A DNA stretch of 64,000 nt, from the NCBI GenBank assembly GCA_963707635.1, contig OY970173.1:2080001-2144000 (forward strand), written 5' to 3'. The DNA comes from Candidatus Latescibacterota bacterium (lineage in GTDB: Bacteria > Krumholzibacteriota > Krumholzibacteriia > WVZY01 > JAKEHA01). The translations under genes were made by a program, and so were the position numbers. This document shows, piece by piece, positions 28,132-39,537 of this stretch (positions are counted from its first letter, which is position 1; every line of letters starts with the position of its first letter). The notes under the pieces are model-generated. The model ran no database searches. It saw only the letters and a list, made by a program, of their open reading frames with translations, and was not told where the DNA came from.

Positions 28132-29118
28132 ATGGGTATTCGCCATTCGCTGATCACAGCCTCCCTCCTGTGCATCTTCCCCTCCTTCGCCGCGGCGGAT
28201 ACGGTGGTCATCGGTCCGCTCAAGGACACGACCGTGTACGCGGAAGACTCGACGCTCAGCAACGGGTCGGGGGAATATTTCTTCGCGGGGGACAACGGCA
28301 GCGGCAGTCCGCGGCGAGGGTTGATTGCCTTCGACATCGCAGCGTTCGTCCCGGCGGGTGCGACCGTGGACAGCGTCGAACTCACGCTCTCGATGTCGCA
28401 CACGTCGGTCGGCTCCGGGGCGCGTTCGATTGCCCTCCACCGTCTGCTGGCCGACTGGGGCGAAGGGCTTTCCGACGCCGAGGGCAACGAAGGCGGGGGT
28501 GCTCCCGCCACATCCGGCGATGCCACCTGGACGTTCCGATTCTTCAACACCGACGACTGGGCGGTGGAGGGCGGCGAATTCGTGCCGGCGGAGAGCGCGA
28601 CCCGCGTGGTCGAAGCCATCGGCGTCTACGTCTGGCGCTCGACCGGAATGCGGGACGACGTCCAGGGGTGGCTGGATTCGCCGTCGTCGAATTTCGGGTG
28701 GATTCTCGTCGGAGAAGAAACCGGGCCGCAAACCGCGAAGCGATTTGATTCCCGGCAGCGCGCCACCCCCGCCTCGCGTCCCACCCTCACCGTCTACTAC
28801 CGGCCCGCGCCCACCGGCGTCGGCGGGGCGCCGTCGATCGGCGCGCGACTGCTCGCGGTGTTTCCCAACCCGTTCAACCCGACGACCACGATTCGTTTCG
28901 AGCTCGACCGCCCGGCGAGCGTGCGCCTGTCGATCTGCGATGTCGGGGGGCGAGAGGTGCGCACACTCGTCGAGGGCGCGGTGGATGCGGGCGACCACGC
29001 GGTCGCGTGGAACGGAGCCGACGCCGACGGCGGCCGCGTCGCGTCCGGGGTGTACTTCGTGCGCATGAGCGTCGACGGAGTTGCCCCCCAGGTCCGCAAG
29101 CTCGTGCTCCTGAAATAG
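28132..29118 (+). CDS. Secreted DNRLRE-domain protein with FlgD-Ig / T9SS-like C-terminal domain
   Basis: Signal peptide; RRGLIAFD, NFGWIL and RPTLTVYY; C-terminal PNPFNPTTTIRF..GREVRTL..WNG..SGVYF..KLVLLK. Confidence 0.85.
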   Translation: MGIRHSLITASLLCIFPSFAAADTVVIGPLKDTTVYAEDSTLSNGSGEYFFAGDNGSGSPRRGLIAFDIAAFVPAGATVDSVELTLSMSHTSVGSGARSIALHRLLADWGEGLSDAEGNEGGGAPATSGDATWTFRFFNTDDWAVEGGEFVPAESATRVVEAIGVYVWRSTGMRDDVQGWLDSPSSNFGWILVGEETGPQTAKRFDSRQRATPASRPTLTVYYRPAPTGVGGAPSIGARLLAVFPNPFNPTTTIRFELDRPASVRLSICDVGGREVRTLVEGAVDAGDHAVAWNGADADGGRVASGVYFVRMSVDGVAPQVRKLVLLK

Positions 29119-29121
29119 GCG

Positions 29122-29889
29122 CTAGCGGCCGGCCCCGATCGCCTCGAGCACTTCCGTGGCCACCATTTCCCCCAGCCGCTCGATCATCTCCACGCCGTGC
29201 GCCGCGCTAGCGCGCGCGGGGGCGCCGGCGTACGCGCGGTCGAGCCCCATGGCGCGAAAGGTGACGATTCCCGCGGCGAGCCGCTCGGACAGGCTGACGT
29301 CGACGTCGGGGAGCGCGGCGCGGATGTCCTCGCGCACCGTCTCCGGGCTAGCGGCCTGCACAATCGATGTTTCGTACTCGCCGGCGTGGCACGCTCCGCG
29401 CTTGAACTCGTCGGAGAGGGTGCGGCCCCAGCGACGCGCGAGCGGGGATGCGACACTCACCCGCGCCGGCTGGAACTCCGCGACCGCCGCGCGAACCGCG
29501 GCGTCGTGCGCCGGTTCCAGGTGATTATTGACCACGCTCACGTGGGAGGCGCCCGTGCCCAGCCAGCCCGCCACGACCCCGCGTAGATAGGCCGAGAACA
29601 CGGCCGCTCCCACGCCGGCTGCGCCGGCGAACTCCCGGGCGCAGTCGGTGACCCCGTACGCGACGTCGGGAGCGACGAGTCCGCGCACGCCACGTGCGTC
29701 GAGCAGACCGACGGCGCGCGCGCAGGCGGCGCGCGAAATGATCAGGTCCGTGTCCAGCGGCAGGTGCGGTCCGTGCGGTTCGATCGCGCCCACCGGCACG
29801 AGCACCGCCACCGGTTTCGCCCCGTCCAGGACCTCCGCGAACTCCTCGGTGGTCATGCGCGCGATGAAGATCGCCGGCGCTAGCGCCAT
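29122..29889 (-). CDS. Creatininase-family amidohydrolase
   Basis: PVGAIEPHGPHLPLDTD, VNNH and HAGEYET. Confidence 0.88.
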   Translation of the reverse strand: MALAPAIFIARMTTEEFAEVLDGAKPVAVLVPVGAIEPHGPHLPLDTDLIISRAACARAVGLLDARGVRGLVAPDVAYGVTDCAREFAGAAGVGAAVFSAYLRGVVAGWLGTGASHVSVVNNHLEPAHDAAVRAAVAEFQPARVSVASPLARRWGRTLSDEFKRGACHAGEYETSIVQAASPETVREDIRAALPDVDVSLSERLAAGIVTFRAMGLDRAYAGAPARASAAHGVEMIERLGEMVATEVLEAIGAGR

Positions 29890-31565
29890 GGGTTCGCCCC
29901 CTGGCGTTCACGCTCCAGCAGAGACTTCTTGTCGACCTTGCCGCGGTCGTTCCTGGGAAGGTCGTCGACGAACACCACCCAGCGCGGATACTTGTGTTTC
30001 GAGAGACGACCCTTGACGTGTTCCTGCAACTCCGCACGCAGACCGTCGAGGTCGGCGCGGCCGACCCCCTCGCGCAGCACGACGAATGCCTTCGGCTTGG
30101 TGAGCGATTCCTCCTCGGCGGGAATTACCGCGGCGAGCCCCACCGCTGGATGCTCGAGGAGGCACTCCTCGATCTCGAGCGGGGCCACGAATACGCCGCC
30201 GACCTTGAAGAGGCTGTCCGCGCGCCCGCAGAACCACAGGTATCCGGCTGCGTCCATTCGGAACAGATCGCCGGTGCGGCACCAGTGCCCATGGAAGGTC
30301 TCCCAGCTCTTTTCGCGGTCCTGGTGATACGCCAGCGCCACGCTGTCGCCGCGCACCCACATCACGCCGACCTCGCCGCGGGCGGCTTCCGGCGCGCCGG
30401 GCGTGTTCGCGTCGGTGGGAAGGATGCGGATCTCGTAGCCCTCGACCGCGCGGCCCAGCGAGCCGGGCTTGATGTCGCCGGGCCGGTTCGACGCGTAGAT
30501 ATGAAACATCTCCGCCGACCCGATGCCGTCGTAGACGTCGTTTCCAAATCGCTGGACGAAGCGCTCGAGCAGGGGCGGCGGCAGCGCTTCGCCCGCCGAG
30601 AGGTGGAAGCGGATGCAACCGAGATCGAGCGGCGTCGCACCCCGCGCGCGCAGAGCGTCGTCGTGGTCGAGCAGCTTGGCCATCATGGTCGGGACATTGG
30701 TGACGATGGTCGGACGATACATCGCGATCGCGGCCGCGAGCGATTCCGCCGTGGGACGCTCCGAGAAGAGACAGGTGGTGGCGCCGACCGCGAACGGAAA
30801 CATCAGGTTCGTGCCCGTCGCATAGCCGAAGAACAGCCCGGGGACGCTGACGGTGAGGTCGTCGCGCCGGTAACCCACCGTGCGCTTCGCGTAGACCTCG
30901 GTGTTGTAGGCAAAGTCGCGGTGGGTATGAATCGCCGCCTTGGGCGCCCCGGTCGATCCCGACGTGAACAACCACACCGCCACGTCGTCGCGACGCGTGC
31001 CGGCGTCGCGAAACTCGATGCGCTCGCCCGCGCGGATGGCGTCGGTCAGCGAATGCACCGGGAACGCAGCTCCCTGGCACGCCGGCGGCACCGGACAGAC
31101 TCCCTCCGGGTCGTCGCCCGTCGCCACGTCCGGGACGAGAAACACCGCCTTGAGGAAGGAAAGCGCGCGCAGCTTCTCCGCCAGCGCGGCGGCCACGGCC
31201 GGCACGGTGATCAACGCGGCGGCGCGCGTGTACTCCATTACATACGCGAGGTCGGCGGTCGGGGCGACGGGGTTGCCCATCGCCACCACGGCGCCGGCCG
31301 CGAGTGTCCCCATGAAACTCCACGCGAAGGGCGGCGTGTCGGGTAGAACGATGTAGACCCTCGCTTCGGGCGTCACCCCGGCCGCGCGCAAACTGCTCGC
31401 GAGCGCCCGCGCGCGCGCCGCGCACTGCGCGTAGGTGTACCCGCGATCGCCGTAGCGCACGGCGACCCGGTTGCCGTCGCCCTCGCGCACCCGGTCGAAG
31501 AGAAAATAGTCGGCCAGGTTGAACGCGTCGGGAAAGACGGGGCGGGTCGGGCTGGCCGCGGACAC
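29880..31565 (-). CDS. Benzoate/2-aminobenzoate-CoA ligase family
   Basis: FTSGSTGAPK, LFFGYATG, SAGEALP, DGIGSAEMFHIY and TGD; context of the abm-like cluster. Confidence 0.88.
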   Translation of the reverse strand: MSAASPTRPVFPDAFNLADYFLFDRVREGDGNRVAVRYGDRGYTYAQCAARARALASSLRAAGVTPEARVYIVLPDTPPFAWSFMGTLAAGAVVAMGNPVAPTADLAYVMEYTRAAALITVPAVAAALAEKLRALSFLKAVFLVPDVATGDDPEGVCPVPPACQGAAFPVHSLTDAIRAGERIEFRDAGTRRDDVAVWLFTSGSTGAPKAAIHTHRDFAYNTEVYAKRTVGYRRDDLTVSVPGLFFGYATGTNLMFPFAVGATTCLFSERPTAESLAAAIAMYRPTIVTNVPTMMAKLLDHDDALRARGATPLDLGCIRFHLSAGEALPPPLLERFVQRFGNDVYDGIGSAEMFHIYASNRPGDIKPGSLGRAVEGYEIRILPTDANTPGAPEAARGEVGVMWVRGDSVALAYHQDREKSWETFHGHWCRTGDLFRMDAAGYLWFCGRADSLFKVGGVFVAPLEIEECLLEHPAVGLAAVIPAEEESLTKPKAFVVLREGVGRADLDGLRAELQEHVKGRLSKHKYPRWVVFVDDLPRNDRGKVDKKSLLERERQGANPWR

Positions 31566-31569
31566 GGCG

Positions 31570-31974
31570 CTACTCCCCGCCGTCCGGGATCACCGCGGTG
31601 GCTTCGATTTCGACGCGCGCGTTCGATTCCACCAATCCCGCCACACCGACCAGCGTCATGGCGGGAAAGTGCGCGCCCATGACCGAGCGGTACGCGTCCC
31701 CGATGGGGCCGAGCGCTCGCCGGTACTCGTCCACGTCCACCACGTACCAGGTCATCCGCACGACGTGGCGCGGAGAGGCTCCCGCGCACGCGAGCACCGC
31801 GACCACGTTGCGGAGCGCTTGCGCGGTCTGCGTCGGCAAATCGTTTCCCACCAGAACCCCGTCCACGCCGAACGCCACCTGCCCCGCCACGAACACCATG
31901 CGGCCGCGCGCCTCCATCCCGTGGCTGTACCCGCTCGGGCGCTTCCATCCGTCCGGCTGCAGCGTGCGACTCAC
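31570..31974 (-). CDS. RidA/YjgF family protein
   Basis: [20 protein letters not shown] and VEIEATA. Confidence 0.9.
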   Translation of the reverse strand: MSRTLQPDGWKRPSGYSHGMEARGRMVFVAGQVAFGVDGVLVGNDLPTQTAQALRNVVAVLACAGASPRHVVRMTWYVVDVDEYRRALGPIGDAYRSVMGAHFPAMTLVGVAGLVESNARVEIEATAVIPDGGE

Positions 31975-33128
31975 GACCTCGCCCCTTCGATCAGTGTGCG
32001 CGCGATGACCAGCTTCTGTATTTCCGACGTGCCTTCGTAGATGCGCAGCGGCCGGATTTCGCGATACAGCTCTTCCAGGATTGAGCCGGCGACAACGCCG
32101 CGGGCGCCGAGAATCTGGACCGCGTCGTCGATCACGCGTTGCGCGCCTTCGGTGGCCGCGTACTTGGCCATCGCCGCCTCACGCGTCACCCGTCCCTCGC
32201 ATTCGTCCCGTGTCCAGGCCGCGCGGTACACGAGCAGCGCCGACGAGTCGATAATCATGGCCATGTCGGCGAGTTTCTCCTGGATGAGCTGCAACTCGGC
32301 GAGCGCGGACCCGAAGGCCCGGTGCCGTGTGGCGTGCGAAAGCGCCTCGGCGAACGCCCGGCGGGCGAACCCGAGGGCGGCGGCGCCGACGGTGGCGCGA
32401 AACACGTCGAGGGTGCCGAGGGCGACCGCCATCCCCCGCCCCGGTTCTCCCACCATCCGGGAGGCGGGCACGCGACAGGCCTCCAGCCGCACGCGTCCGA
32501 GCGGATGCGGCGCGATGATTTCGATCGGCGTGGTCGACAGCCCCGCCGTGTCCGCGTCCACCACGAAGGCCGACAGCCCCTTGCTGCCGCTGCCCTCGCC
32601 GGTGCGCGCGAACACGACGTAGAAGTCGGCGATGCCAGCGTTCGATATCCACGTCTTCTCGCCGTCGATCACATAGTGCGAGCCGTCCCGGCGCGCGGTC
32701 GTCTCGACGGCGCCGAGGTCGGAACCGGCGCTGGCTTCGGAGATCGCGAAGGCGGCGATCGCCTCTCCCGCGGCCGCGCGGGCGGCGTGGGAGGCCCGCA
32801 GCGCCGGCGACCCGAAGAGGGCGATCGGGCCGGTGCCCAGCCCCTGCATGGCGAACGCGAAGTCGGCGAGTCCCCACGCCTCCGCCAGCGACTCGCGGGC
32901 GATGCACGCGGCGCGCACGTCGACACGGGCCGGCGGTTCAAGGGAAAGCACGCGCGCGACCACCCCGTGGCGCCCCAGCGACGACACCAGCGCCCGGCAA
33001 CGCGCGCCGGCGCCGGAGAGCGCGCGAATCGCCGGCAACTCGCGCTCGCACCAGGCGCGGATATCGGCGTGGAACGCACGGTGCGCGTCGGCGAAGAACG
33101 GCCAGTCCAGGTGAGAGCGCTCGCTCAT
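31971..33128 (-). CDS. Acyl-CoA dehydrogenase
   Basis: [26 protein letters not shown] and [13 protein letters not shown] at 33128. Confidence 0.92.
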   Translation of the reverse strand: MSERSHLDWPFFADAHRAFHADIRAWCERELPAIRALSGAGARCRALVSSLGRHGVVARVLSLEPPARVDVRAACIARESLAEAWGLADFAFAMQGLGTGPIALFGSPALRASHAARAAAGEAIAAFAISEASAGSDLGAVETTARRDGSHYVIDGEKTWISNAGIADFYVVFARTGEGSGSKGLSAFVVDADTAGLSTTPIEIIAPHPLGRVRLEACRVPASRMVGEPGRGMAVALGTLDVFRATVGAAALGFARRAFAEALSHATRHRAFGSALAELQLIQEKLADMAMIIDSSALLVYRAAWTRDECEGRVTREAAMAKYAATEGAQRVIDDAVQILGARGVVAGSILEELYREIRPLRIYEGTSEIQKLVIARTLIEGARS

Positions 33129-33937
33129 CAGTCCCCCTTGAACTCCGGGGCACGGCCGTCCACGAACGCTTCGTAGGCCCGGCGAAAGTCGCGGGTGCGC
33201 ATGAGTACCGCCTGCTCCCGGGCCTCGTCCTGCACGGCGCGAACCAGGTCGAGGTTCCATTCGGCCACCAGCTGCCGCTTGGTGGCCCGGTGGGCGGCGA
33301 TCGGACCGTCGGCGATGGAACGGGCGAAGGCGTTGGCCTCTTCAGCCAGCCGGGGCGCTTCGCAGACCCGGTTGAAGAAGCCCCACTGCAGCGCTTCGTC
33401 GCCCGGCATGGTCCGGCCGGTGTAGAGCAGCTCCGCCGCGCGCCCGTGCCCGATGATCCGCGGCAGCATCGCGCACGCGCCCATGTCGCACCCCCCGAGC
33501 CCCACCTTGACGAAGAGGAAGGCGACGCGGCTGCGCGCCGTCCCGATTCGGATGTCCGAGGCCATGGCGATGGCGGCGCCGGCACCGACGCACACGCCGT
33601 CGACGGCGGCGACGATCACCTGGGAACAGGTCAGCATCGCGATCACGAGGTCCCCCGTCATGCGCGTGAACTCGTGGAGGCGCGCCTCGTCCATGCGCAC
33701 GAGCGCTCCGATGATCTCGTGCACGTCGCCCCCGGAGCAGAAATTGCCGCCCGCCCCGCCGAACACCACCGCGCGCACCTCCGGGGTCTCGCGCAGGCCG
33801 AGGAAGGTGTCGCGCAGCTCCGCGTACGCTTCGAACGTCAGCGGATTCTTCTTCGCCGGGCGGTCGAGCGTGATCGTGGCGACGCCGCGCTCGAACGTCC
33901 AGCGGAAATGAGAAGGGTCGAAACGAGTCGGGTCCAT
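33128..33937 (-). CDS. Enoyl-CoA hydratase/isomerase
   Basis: [21 protein letters not shown] and [16 protein letters not shown] at 33937. Confidence 0.92.
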   Translation of the reverse strand: MDPTRFDPSHFRWTFERGVATITLDRPAKKNPLTFEAYAELRDTFLGLRETPEVRAVVFGGAGGNFCSGGDVHEIIGALVRMDEARLHEFTRMTGDLVIAMLTCSQVIVAAVDGVCVGAGAAIAMASDIRIGTARSRVAFLFVKVGLGGCDMGACAMLPRIIGHGRAAELLYTGRTMPGDEALQWGFFNRVCEAPRLAEEANAFARSIADGPIAAHRATKRQLVAEWNLDLVRAVQDEAREQAVLMRTRDFRRAYEAFVDGRAPEFKGD

Positions 33938-33945
33938 TCCTTCAC

Positions 33946-34740
33946 CTAGCCGAGCAGCGCGCCGCCGTCGACGACGATCGGTTCCCCGGTGACGGCGGCC
34001 TGCGCCGGGTCGCACAGCCACGCCACCGCGCCCGCCACCTCGTCGGGAGTGACCAGGCGCCCCTGCGGGTTGGCCGCGGCAAACAGCTGGCGGATTTCTG
34101 CCTCCGGCTTGCCGGTGCGCTCCGCGGCCCGCCGGACCGACTCGGCGAGGAGCTCCGTGTCGGTGTAGCCCGGGCACACCGCGTTGACCGTAATGCCGTC
34201 GCGCGCGGTCTCCAGGGCGAGCGAGCGCGTCAAGCCGACCAGCGCGTGTTTCGCGGCCGCGTACGCGGAGACGAATCGATAGCCCCGCAGGCCGGCGGTA
34301 CTGGCGATGTTCACGATGCGTCCTTCGCGGCGCGCGCTCATGGCCGGCAGCACGGCCCGGCTGCAGAATACCGCACCCATGAGATTCGCGTCGAGCATGC
34401 GTCGCCACAACCCATCGTCGCTGTCGAGGAACGCCGCGGATTCGGCCGCACCGGCGTTGTTGACCAGCGCGTACGGCGGGCCGATGGTTTCGACGGCGCG
34501 AAGGATGGCGCGGGAAACGGCCACCGCGTCGGTGACATCGGCGGGTGCGGCCAGCGCGCGCACGCCGAAACGGGACTCCAGCTCGCGCCGGGCCGCCTCC
34601 AGGCGCGAGGCGTCCCGGCCGAGCAGCGACACGTCGGCCCCCCTGCGCGCCAGTTCGCGCGCGATCGCCGCGCCGATACCGCGGCTGCCGCCGGTCACGA
34701 TCGCGTGGCGCCCCAGGAGGGGCGCCCCGGTTGCGTTCAC
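33946..34740 (-). CDS. SDR (3-hydroxyacyl-CoA dehydrogenase-like)
   Basis: TGGSRGIG, NNAG, YAAAK and VCPG. Confidence 0.92.
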   Translation of the reverse strand: MNATGAPLLGRHAIVTGGSRGIGAAIARELARRGADVSLLGRDASRLEAARRELESRFGVRALAAPADVTDAVAVSRAILRAVETIGPPYALVNNAGAAESAAFLDSDDGLWRRMLDANLMGAVFCSRAVLPAMSARREGRIVNIASTAGLRGYRFVSAYAAAKHALVGLTRSLALETARDGITVNAVCPGYTDTELLAESVRRAAERTGKPEAEIRQLFAAANPQGRLVTPDEVAGAVAWLCDPAQAAVTGEPIVVDGGALLG

Positions 34741-34756
34741 AGTTCCTCCTCGGAGG

Positions 34757-37039
34757 TCAAATGGGCCCGGTGGCCTCGCGCGCGCGTCGCGCGAGCGTCT
34801 CCAACTGCCGGCGCGCGGAGCGGTACTGGGGCGGCCATCCCACTCCGTCGTACCCCGCTTCCGCCGCCGCGCGCAGCGTCCACATCGGGTCCCACAGGTG
34901 CGGCCGCGCGAGCAGACACACGTCCGCGCGCCCGGCGGCGATGATGCTGTTCACCTGGTCGGGCTCGGTGATGTTACCGACGGCGAGGGTCGCCAGGCCG
35001 ATCTCCAGGCGGATTCGCTCCGCGTACGGCACCTGAAACATGCGCCCGTACACGGCGTGCTGGTCGGGGGAGACCTGCCCGGTGGACACGTCGATGAAGT
35101 CCGCCCCGTGCGACTTGAACGCGCGCGCGATATCGACGCTGTCGTCGAGCGTGATCCCGCCCGCGACCCAATCGGTCGCCGAGATGCGCACGCCGGCCGG
35201 AAGATCCGCGGGCCAGACCGCGCGCACCGCGTCGAACACTTCCAGTGGAAAGCGGAGCCGGTTCTCGAGCGATCCCCCGAACGCGTCGCTCCTTCGATTC
35301 GTCACCGGCGAGAGGAAACTCGACAGCAGGTAGCCGTGGGCGCAATGGAGCTCGACCGCGTCGAAGCCGGCGCGCACTCCGCGCGCGGCGGCGGCGGCGA
35401 ACTCGTCGCGCACGCGCTCCATGTCACCGCGCGTCATCTCGCGCGGAATCTGGTTCTGGTCGGACCAGGGAATCGCGGACGGACCCACCACGGTCCAGTT
35501 CCCGTCGGGGAGCGGAAGGTTTTCCCCTTCCCAGAGCACCCGGGTGGAACCTTTCCGCCCCGAGTGGCCGAGCTGCAGGGCGAACCTGGCCGCGCTGTTT
35601 TCATGCACGAAGTCGACCACCCGCTTCCAGGCGATCGCATGCGCGTCCTGGTAGAGGCCCGCGCACCGCGGTGAGATGCGCGCCTCGGGCGAGACACAGG
35701 TCATCTCGGTGAAAATCAAACCTGCCCCGCCCAGCGCCCGGGCACCGAAATGCACGAGGTGGAAATCGCCGACCGCTCCGTCGACCGCGCTGTACATGGC
35801 CATGGGCGACACCGCGACCCGATTGGCGAGCTCGAGTCCGCGGAGGCGAAACGGGAGGAACATGGGGCGCACGCCCGCGCGCTCGCCGGTGGTCCTGGCG
35901 CACAACCAGCGCTCGTAGGACTCGAGGTAGCCGGCGTCCCGGGCGCGCAGGCTCTCGTGGCTCACGCGCTGGCTGCGGGTAATGAGGCTGTACGCGAACT
36001 GTTCCGGCTCCAGGTTCGCCTTCAGCCCGACCTGTTCGAACCACTCCGTGCTGTTGCGCGCCGCGTTCTGGAGCCGGACCACCTCGACGCGCCGCTCGTC
36101 CTCATAGCATTGCAGCTTGTCCGCCAGTTCGCCTTCCCCGTGGAGGTGCTCGGCCAGGGCGATGGCGCTCTCCATCGCGAGTTTCGTTCCCGACCCCACC
36201 GAGAAGTGCGCGGTGGCGGCTGCGTCGCCCAGAAGCACGAGGTTGCGGTGGTGCCAACGCGCGCAGGACACGCGCGGAAAATTCAGCCACGCGTCGGAAC
36301 CGCGCAGGTGCTCCGCGTTGGACACGAGCCGGTGGTCGCCCAGGTGCCGCGCGAAGAGCCGCTCGCAGAACGCGATGCTGCTCTTCTGCGACGGGTGGTC
36401 GAGGCCGTCCGCCTTCCACACCGATTCCGGGCACTCCACGATGAAGGTGCTCCATCCCTCCGCGAACGGGTAGCAATGGGCCTGGTACCACCCATGCTCG
36501 GTCTTTTCGAAGTAAAAGGTGAAGGCGTCGAACGGCTTGCGCGTCCCCAGCCAGACGTATTTGCAGCGGCGGACGTCGATCTCGGGTTCGAACACATCGG
36601 CATGGCGCCGCCGGGTCGCGCTATTGACGCCGTCCGCGGCGACGACGAGGTCCGCATCCGCGAACGAGGATTCGTCGGGGAGTTCGGTCGCGAACGCGAG
36701 CTCGACGCCAAGGCCTTCCGCCCGCGCGGCGAGAACGTCCAGGAGCGCCTGGCGCGCGATCCCGCAGAACCCGTGGCCCCCCGATCGGATCACGGTGTCG
36801 CGATAGAACACGTCGATCGCGTCCCAGTGCACGAAGCGGCGGGTGATGTGCTCGTACGTGTCCGCATCCGCGTGGCGGAGTCGGTCCAGCGTCCCGTCGG
36901 AGAACACGACGCCCCAGCCGAACGTGCTTCCGCGACGATTTCGCTCCGCCACGACGATTCGGTGCGACGGATCCCGGAGCTTCATCTGTATGGCGAAGTA
37001 GAGCCCGGCCGGCCCGCCGCCGATGATGGCTACCTTCAT
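34757..37039 (-). CDS. abmA: Bifunctional anthraniloyl-CoA monooxygenase/reductase (salicylyl-CoA 5-hydroxylase family)
   Basis: N-terminal [28 protein letters not shown] flavin monooxygenase fused to an OYE domain ([16 protein letters not shown]). Confidence 0.88.
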   Translation of the reverse strand: MKVAIIGGGPAGLYFAIQMKLRDPSHRIVVAERNRRGSTFGWGVVFSDGTLDRLRHADADTYEHITRRFVHWDAIDVFYRDTVIRSGGHGFCGIARQALLDVLAARAEGLGVELAFATELPDESSFADADLVVAADGVNSATRRRHADVFEPEIDVRRCKYVWLGTRKPFDAFTFYFEKTEHGWYQAHCYPFAEGWSTFIVECPESVWKADGLDHPSQKSSIAFCERLFARHLGDHRLVSNAEHLRGSDAWLNFPRVSCARWHHRNLVLLGDAAATAHFSVGSGTKLAMESAIALAEHLHGEGELADKLQCYEDERRVEVVRLQNAARNSTEWFEQVGLKANLEPEQFAYSLITRSQRVSHESLRARDAGYLESYERWLCARTTGERAGVRPMFLPFRLRGLELANRVAVSPMAMYSAVDGAVGDFHLVHFGARALGGAGLIFTEMTCVSPEARISPRCAGLYQDAHAIAWKRVVDFVHENSAARFALQLGHSGRKGSTRVLWEGENLPLPDGNWTVVGPSAIPWSDQNQIPREMTRGDMERVRDEFAAAAARGVRAGFDAVELHCAHGYLLSSFLSPVTNRRSDAFGGSLENRLRFPLEVFDAVRAVWPADLPAGVRISATDWVAGGITLDDSVDIARAFKSHGADFIDVSTGQVSPDQHAVYGRMFQVPYAERIRLEIGLATLAVGNITEPDQVNSIIAAGRADVCLLARPHLWDPMWTLRAAAEAGYDGVGWPPQYRSARRQLETLARRAREATGPI

Positions 37040-37219
37040 ATCGCGGCCGATTGTCGCAAATATCGCACGCGGCGGAAACGACTACCTCGCGCGATTCGCG
37101 GCCAAAGGACGGAGGGTCCGGCGGATGCGTCCTGTCGCCGCGAACCCTCTCCCGAGGTCCGGCTCACTCCCAGGGGGTCCAAAGCGGTTATAATGCACGG
37201 CGACCCTCAACAGGCGACC

Positions 37220-39235
37220 ATGGATCCCTCCGAACCCTCAATTCGCCCGCCGCGCCGAAGCTCGCGCGCGCGAGCCGGCCTGCTCGTCGGCGTCGCCGCT
37301 CTGCTCCTCTTCGGCAGTACGCTCGACATTTCCCCGCTTCGAGAGCACCTGGCGTTGCGCGCGCTCCTGCTGCTCGCGGGTCTCATCCCGGCCGGGTGGT
37401 TCTTGCTTTCCGTAATCCCCCACGGGCGCATCGACGAATCGAACCGCCGCCGCTTCCTGCTCGCGGTTTTCGGGATCCACCTGGTGGCGACGCTGTACGT
37501 CTTTCCTCCCGGCGCCGTGTTCGATCGGCGTCCGTTCGTCACCGTCGATCACGCCGTCCATTACACGCAGTGCGTGCGGGCGAAGAGCGCCTTCTGGAAG
37601 TCGCTGCGGATGAACTCGTACAGCCCGTACTTCATGGCGGGCTACCCGGCGGGGACCGTCTTCGACGTGGACATGAAAGGCGCGGAACTGTTCTGCACCG
37701 TGCTTCCTTTCTCAACCGCTTTGACGCTCAAGGCGTTCATCCTCGGCGCGTATCTGACCCTGGTGTTTACGATGGTCGCGGGGGCCCGGATGCTCGGTTT
37801 TCGAACCGAGGAGAGCGTTTTCGGCCTGCTGGTGTTCCTGGCCTACTGGCACTGGGGAAGGCCGTACGCCGGGGCGTTCCGCTTCGTGGGCATGTTCTCG
37901 TTCGTGTTCGCGTCCCACCTCTGCCTGCTCCTCGCCGGTCTCCTGCGCCGGTTTCTCCTCGGCACCCACCGGCGGACGTTTTTCGTCCTCGCCCCGCTCA
38001 CCTTTCTCGTCCACATCTCCGCGCTGGTGATCGCGGGCGCTCCGCTGGTCAGCGTCATGGCGACGGATCGAGCCCGGCTGCACCGCCGCAACGTGGAAGT
38101 CCTCCTGATGTGCGCGCTGCTCGTGCTCTTCGTGAATGTGCTGTGGCTCAAGCCGGTGATCGACTTCCTGCCCGACAAGACGCCGACGAAGGTGTACTAC
38201 CAGACCCGCGGGCTTGCGGACCTGGCAGCACTCCTGGCGCGGCCTACCGCCGTACTCGCGCTCGCGCTGCTCGGGCTCGCCGTGGTGGGTGCGTGGCGCC
38301 TGCGCCGCGAGCAGCGCGGCGCCGTGGGCGCGCCCTGCGTCGCCGCCACCTTGTTCCTGCTCCTGTGCGCGAGCTACGGCGTGTACATGCCGGGGGTCGA
38401 TCAGATGGAACCCGGGCGATTCCTGTTCTCCGCCCTCGTCTTCGCGGCACCGCTCGCGGGTGTCGGCACCGCCTGGCTGCTCGACGCTGTCCTCACCCGG
38501 CGGGCCGGGACGGAAATATCGGTCCGGCGCGTCCGCGCGCGCGCCGTCGCCATCGTCGCCCTGGCGCTCGCCGGTCTGCCGTTGGCCATGGTGGAAGCGA
38601 AGGCCTACTACCGCCACACGGTCCACGTGGATTTATCGGCGCGGGTCAACGTGCTGCGCGCCGCGATCGACGCGCACGCCCGGCCGGGCGCCCGCCTCAT
38701 GATCGAAGACGCCAGCGCGGAAACCTACGATGGAGCGCACCTGCCCGCGCTGCTCCCGCTCGAGACCGGCGTCGAGCAGATCGGCGGGCCGTATCCCCAC
38801 ACGCCGCTGCGGCACTACCGCACGTCGTTTACCAGCGAGTCGATTCTGGGCACGCCGCTCGCCGAGTGGAAAGCCGACGATCTGCGCGCGCGCCTGAATT
38901 TTCTCCGCGTCAAATGGATCGTGACCGCGACTCCGGCGACGGCGGCGGTCGTCGCGTCGCTGCCCGGTGTCGCGCGAGTGTGGACGGAGTCGGCCTACTC
39001 GCTCTGGGAGCTGCCCGACGCCGGCGTGTGGGAGCCTCGCATCACGAGCACCTTCGACCGCCTCGAGGTGGAGTTCTCGACACCGTCGAACGGAGCCGTG
39101 CTCCCCTACCACTGGGTCCACGGCCTGGAGGCAGACGCGCCGGCGGACATCGTCCCCGTGCTTCGCTACGACGACCCCGTTCCCTACATCTACGTCCGCC
39201 CGCGCGGACTCTCCCACGTCGTCATCACGTACTGA
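37220..39235 (+). CDS. Large multi-TM membrane protein (GT-C/YfhO-like)
   Basis: 3' part of ORF 35750..39235. [16 protein letters not shown] loop, many TMs, soluble C-terminus; TATAAT at 37189-37194. Start uncertain. Confidence 0.7.
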   Translation: MDPSEPSIRPPRRSSRARAGLLVGVAALLLFGSTLDISPLREHLALRALLLLAGLIPAGWFLLSVIPHGRIDESNRRRFLLAVFGIHLVATLYVFPPGAVFDRRPFVTVDHAVHYTQCVRAKSAFWKSLRMNSYSPYFMAGYPAGTVFDVDMKGAELFCTVLPFSTALTLKAFILGAYLTLVFTMVAGARMLGFRTEESVFGLLVFLAYWHWGRPYAGAFRFVGMFSFVFASHLCLLLAGLLRRFLLGTHRRTFFVLAPLTFLVHISALVIAGAPLVSVMATDRARLHRRNVEVLLMCALLVLFVNVLWLKPVIDFLPDKTPTKVYYQTRGLADLAALLARPTAVLALALLGLAVVGAWRLRREQRGAVGAPCVAATLFLLLCASYGVYMPGVDQMEPGRFLFSALVFAAPLAGVGTAWLLDAVLTRRAGTEISVRRVRARAVAIVALALAGLPLAMVEAKAYYRHTVHVDLSARVNVLRAAIDAHARPGARLMIEDASAETYDGAHLPALLPLETGVEQIGGPYPHTPLRHYRTSFTSESILGTPLAEWKADDLRARLNFLRVKWIVTATPATAAVVASLPGVARVWTESAYSLWELPDAGVWEPRITSTFDRLEVEFSTPSNGAVLPYHWVHGLEADAPADIVPVLRYDDPVPYIYVRPRGLSHVVITY

Positions 39236-39283
39236 GGCGAACTCGGCGGGCCGCAAAAGCGGGTCTTGTCGGGGAAGAGAGAA

Positions 39284-39358
39284 TGGAGGCGGCACCCGGA
39301 TTCGAACCGGGGATAACGGTTTTGCAGACCGTCGCCTTAGCCACTTGGCTATGCCGCC
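39284..39358 (-). tRNA. tRNA-Cys (GCA)
   Basis: GGCGGCATAGCCAAGTGGCTAAGGCGACGGTCTGCAAAACCGT...GGTTCGAATCC...CCA. Confidence 0.97.
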
Positions 39359-39392
39359 TCCCGGCGACCTCGGGCGAGGCGCGGAAAAGAAA

Positions 39393-39467
39393 TGGAGCGG
39401 GAAACGGGATTCGAACCCGCGACATCCACCTTGGCAAGGTGGAGCTCTACCACTGAGCTATTCCCGC
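39393..39467 (-). tRNA. tRNA-Gly (GCC)
   Basis: GCGGGAATAGCTCAGTGGTAGAGCTCCACCTTGCCAAGGTGG...GGTTCGAATCC...CCA. Confidence 0.97.
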
Positions 39468-39492
39468 TCCGAAACCGATTGGCGTAGCGGCT

Positions 39493-39520
39493 ATTATAGT
39501 GTCCGGGCGTGGGTTGTCAA
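39493..39520 (-). promoter_or_regulatory. sigma70 promoter of tRNA-Gly/Cys
   Basis: TTGACA-N16-TATAAT on the minus strand. Confidence 0.8.
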
Positions 39521-39537
39521 CCCGATCTTGGCCGGCG

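Noticed and set aside
35750..37219. Apparent 1161-aa fusion ORF
   Set aside because: The N-terminal part is antisense to abmA; only the portion from about 37220 looks coding.
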